The translations under genes and the position numbers were made by a program. DNA of 34,886 nucleotides from Candidatus Undinarchaeota archaeon. Lineage in GTDB: Archaea; Undinarchaeota; Undinarchaeia; Undinarchaeales; UBA543. Positions within the stretch are counted from its first letter, which is position 1. The number at the start of each line of letters is the position of its first letter. Below the pieces are notes generated by a model. That model was not told the origin of the DNA and made no database searches. It saw nothing but the letters and a program-made list of their open reading frames with translations. Below are positions 33,797 through 34,886 of the stretch, in pieces. Location: positions 1-34,886 of the forward strand of contig CAZWSR010000008.1 of assembly GCA_964636545.1 (NCBI GenBank). The letters run 5' to 3'.

Positions 33797-34359
33797 TGTT
33801 CTTCCCACAATATCCTCATTTCTTCAAGTTCCGAACCCCCAGTATATTGAAGGTACACATTAACTTCAACGACTCCTGGATTTATATTATCTCCACGTTT
33901 TATTCCAACAGCTTTCTGAACTACCTGCATTACTGCATTTGGATTATCTTTCACTGTTGTTGTCCAACTAGCAAGCATTCCATCATCAACATACGCGTCT
34001 GTAAGGTCTACTGAATCCCCAACTCTATTATCTGTTACTGTTAAGTAATAGAGATAAGCTCCTTTTCTTGGGCAATAAACTGGATAATTCGTTTTCCCTT
34101 CTATTTTCTCCCAATCAATAATATCTTTTGTATATCTTAGCTCTCCATCTATTTCTTCAACATACAGTAGGCAGTCTGGCATATTAACAATTCCTTCAGC
34201 AAGCATTGTAGCAGAGGTTCCATCATCTATTATTTCTATTGATGCTACTCTGTTTACCATCATTACATTTGTTAGTGACATTCCAGTCATAACTATTATT
34301 GAAACAACAAGGAAAACTAGTGTTGATGCCATTCCAATCGCTGCTTTATTACACTTCAT
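33793..34359 (-). CDS. Pilin-like protein (class III-like signal peptide)
   Basis: Start moved to ATG 34359, giving MKCNKA/AIGMASTLVFLVVSIIVM; 11-nt overlap with the upstream gene. Confidence 0.65.
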   Translation of the reverse strand: MKCNKAAIGMASTLVFLVVSIIVMTGMSLTNVMMVNRVASIEIIDDGTSATMLAEGIVNMPDCLLYVEEIDGELRYTKDIIDWEKIEGKTNYPVYCPRKGAYLYYLTVTDNRVGDSVDLTDAYVDDGMLASWTTTVKDNPNAVMQVVQKAVGIKRGDNINPGVVEVNVYLQYTGGSELEEMRILWEEQ

Positions 34360-34885
34360 CTTCTTGTTCTCCCTCTGGTATTCCTGTGCCTGATCTACAC
34401 CTGACAAGACTTTGTGAATTTCCAGCATCATTACAATAATTAGCATCATTCCTCAATATTATTTGTGGATTTTCAAGATAGCATTCCTGTTCTTGACCCT
34501 GTCCATTTACCTGAAGTCCTGCATCTGCAACCCCTTCTGCATCTGTTCCTTGTGTTCTCAAATAGGCCCACGCCCCATTAGGTTTTTGATCGCAGTTCCA
34601 AATAACTTCTCCTGGCACTGCATAATTCTGTGGATATATTGTTGATTCTTCGCTTTCTCCATCTACTTCTTCAGTCATAAGAACTATTTTTAATTCAGTC
34701 TGTTTTGTTCCAGGACTTATTCTTTTTACAATTTTTATATAATCCCAATCATCACAATCAATATCGGTTTTCGGCATATTCAGGTGCGAGGGTGCCATGA
34801 ATGCATAATCCCCTGTACCTGCCCCAACTGTTGCGTCTATACTAACTGTAATCACTCTTGTTTCAATTGTAAAAACCCTATTCTC
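34349..34885 (-). CDS. Hypothetical acidic, Cys-containing protein, C-terminal part (5' end outside the window)
   Basis: The frame is open from 34885 (ENRVFTIETR) through the track ORF at 34855 to the stop at 34349, in the same operon as the pilin-like genes. Confidence 0.6.
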   Translation of the reverse strand, partial: ENRVFTIETRVITVSIDATVGAGTGDYAFMAPSHLNMPKTDIDCDDWDYIKIVKRISPGTKQTELKIVLMTEEVDGESEESTIYPQNYAVPGEVIWNCDQKPNGAWAYLRTQGTDAEGVADAGLQVNGQGQEQECYLENPQIILRNDANYCNDAGNSQSLVRCRSGTGIPEGEQEDEV

Positions 34886-34886
34886 T

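Noticed and set aside
6-34645. Numerous 60-137 aa ORFs in the track that overlap longer genes (e.g. 6-281, 11599-11994, 18951-19364, 19485-19895, 26936-27277)
   Set aside because: They are antisense or out-of-frame shadows of well-supported genes and have no motifs of their own.

Overview
Compact archaeal genomic DNA, shown by Alba, AMP phosphorylase, ApgM, SerK-like and AglH-like genes, a Bat-type HTH and TATA-type leaderless promoters. A DPANN-like streamlined lineage is plausible from the tight gene packing and the K[AG]-type pilin-like cluster, but this is inference. The window has four parts. (1) 1-6096 is a divergent phosphonate biosynthesis cluster: PEP mutase fused to a nucleotidyltransferase, a split phosphonopyruvate decarboxylase, an Fe-dependent alcohol dehydrogenase, a LicC/PntC-like cytidylyltransferase, a cobalamin-binding radical SAM enzyme, and the 5' end of a CDP-alcohol phosphotransferase-like gene that the ORF track missed. 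This resembles the upper half of the Streptomyces fosfomycin route, possibly redirected to a phosphonolipid or phosphonoglycan. (2) 6093-25570 is a large surface-glycan locus with an NDP-heptose operon (gmhA, hldA, hldC, GT9), a deacetylase plus FemABX-like pair, a UDP-sugar dehydrogenase and epimerase, several GT2, GT4 and GT-C enzymes, a flippase-like gene, a DUF2304 gene, a phosphohexomutase, an AglH-like transferase, and a CWB2-TM-wHTH membrane regulator with a candidate operator. (3) 25654-30454 holds core metabolism: SerK-like kinase, a methyltransferase, apgM, AMP phosphorylase and alba. (4) 30520-end is an operon of class III signal peptide (pilin-like) surface proteins. Four intergenic elements consist of tandem heptamers followed by their inverted complements. 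No rRNA, tRNA, CRISPR array or transposase was recognised. All protein calls come from motif recognition by eye, not from database searches.
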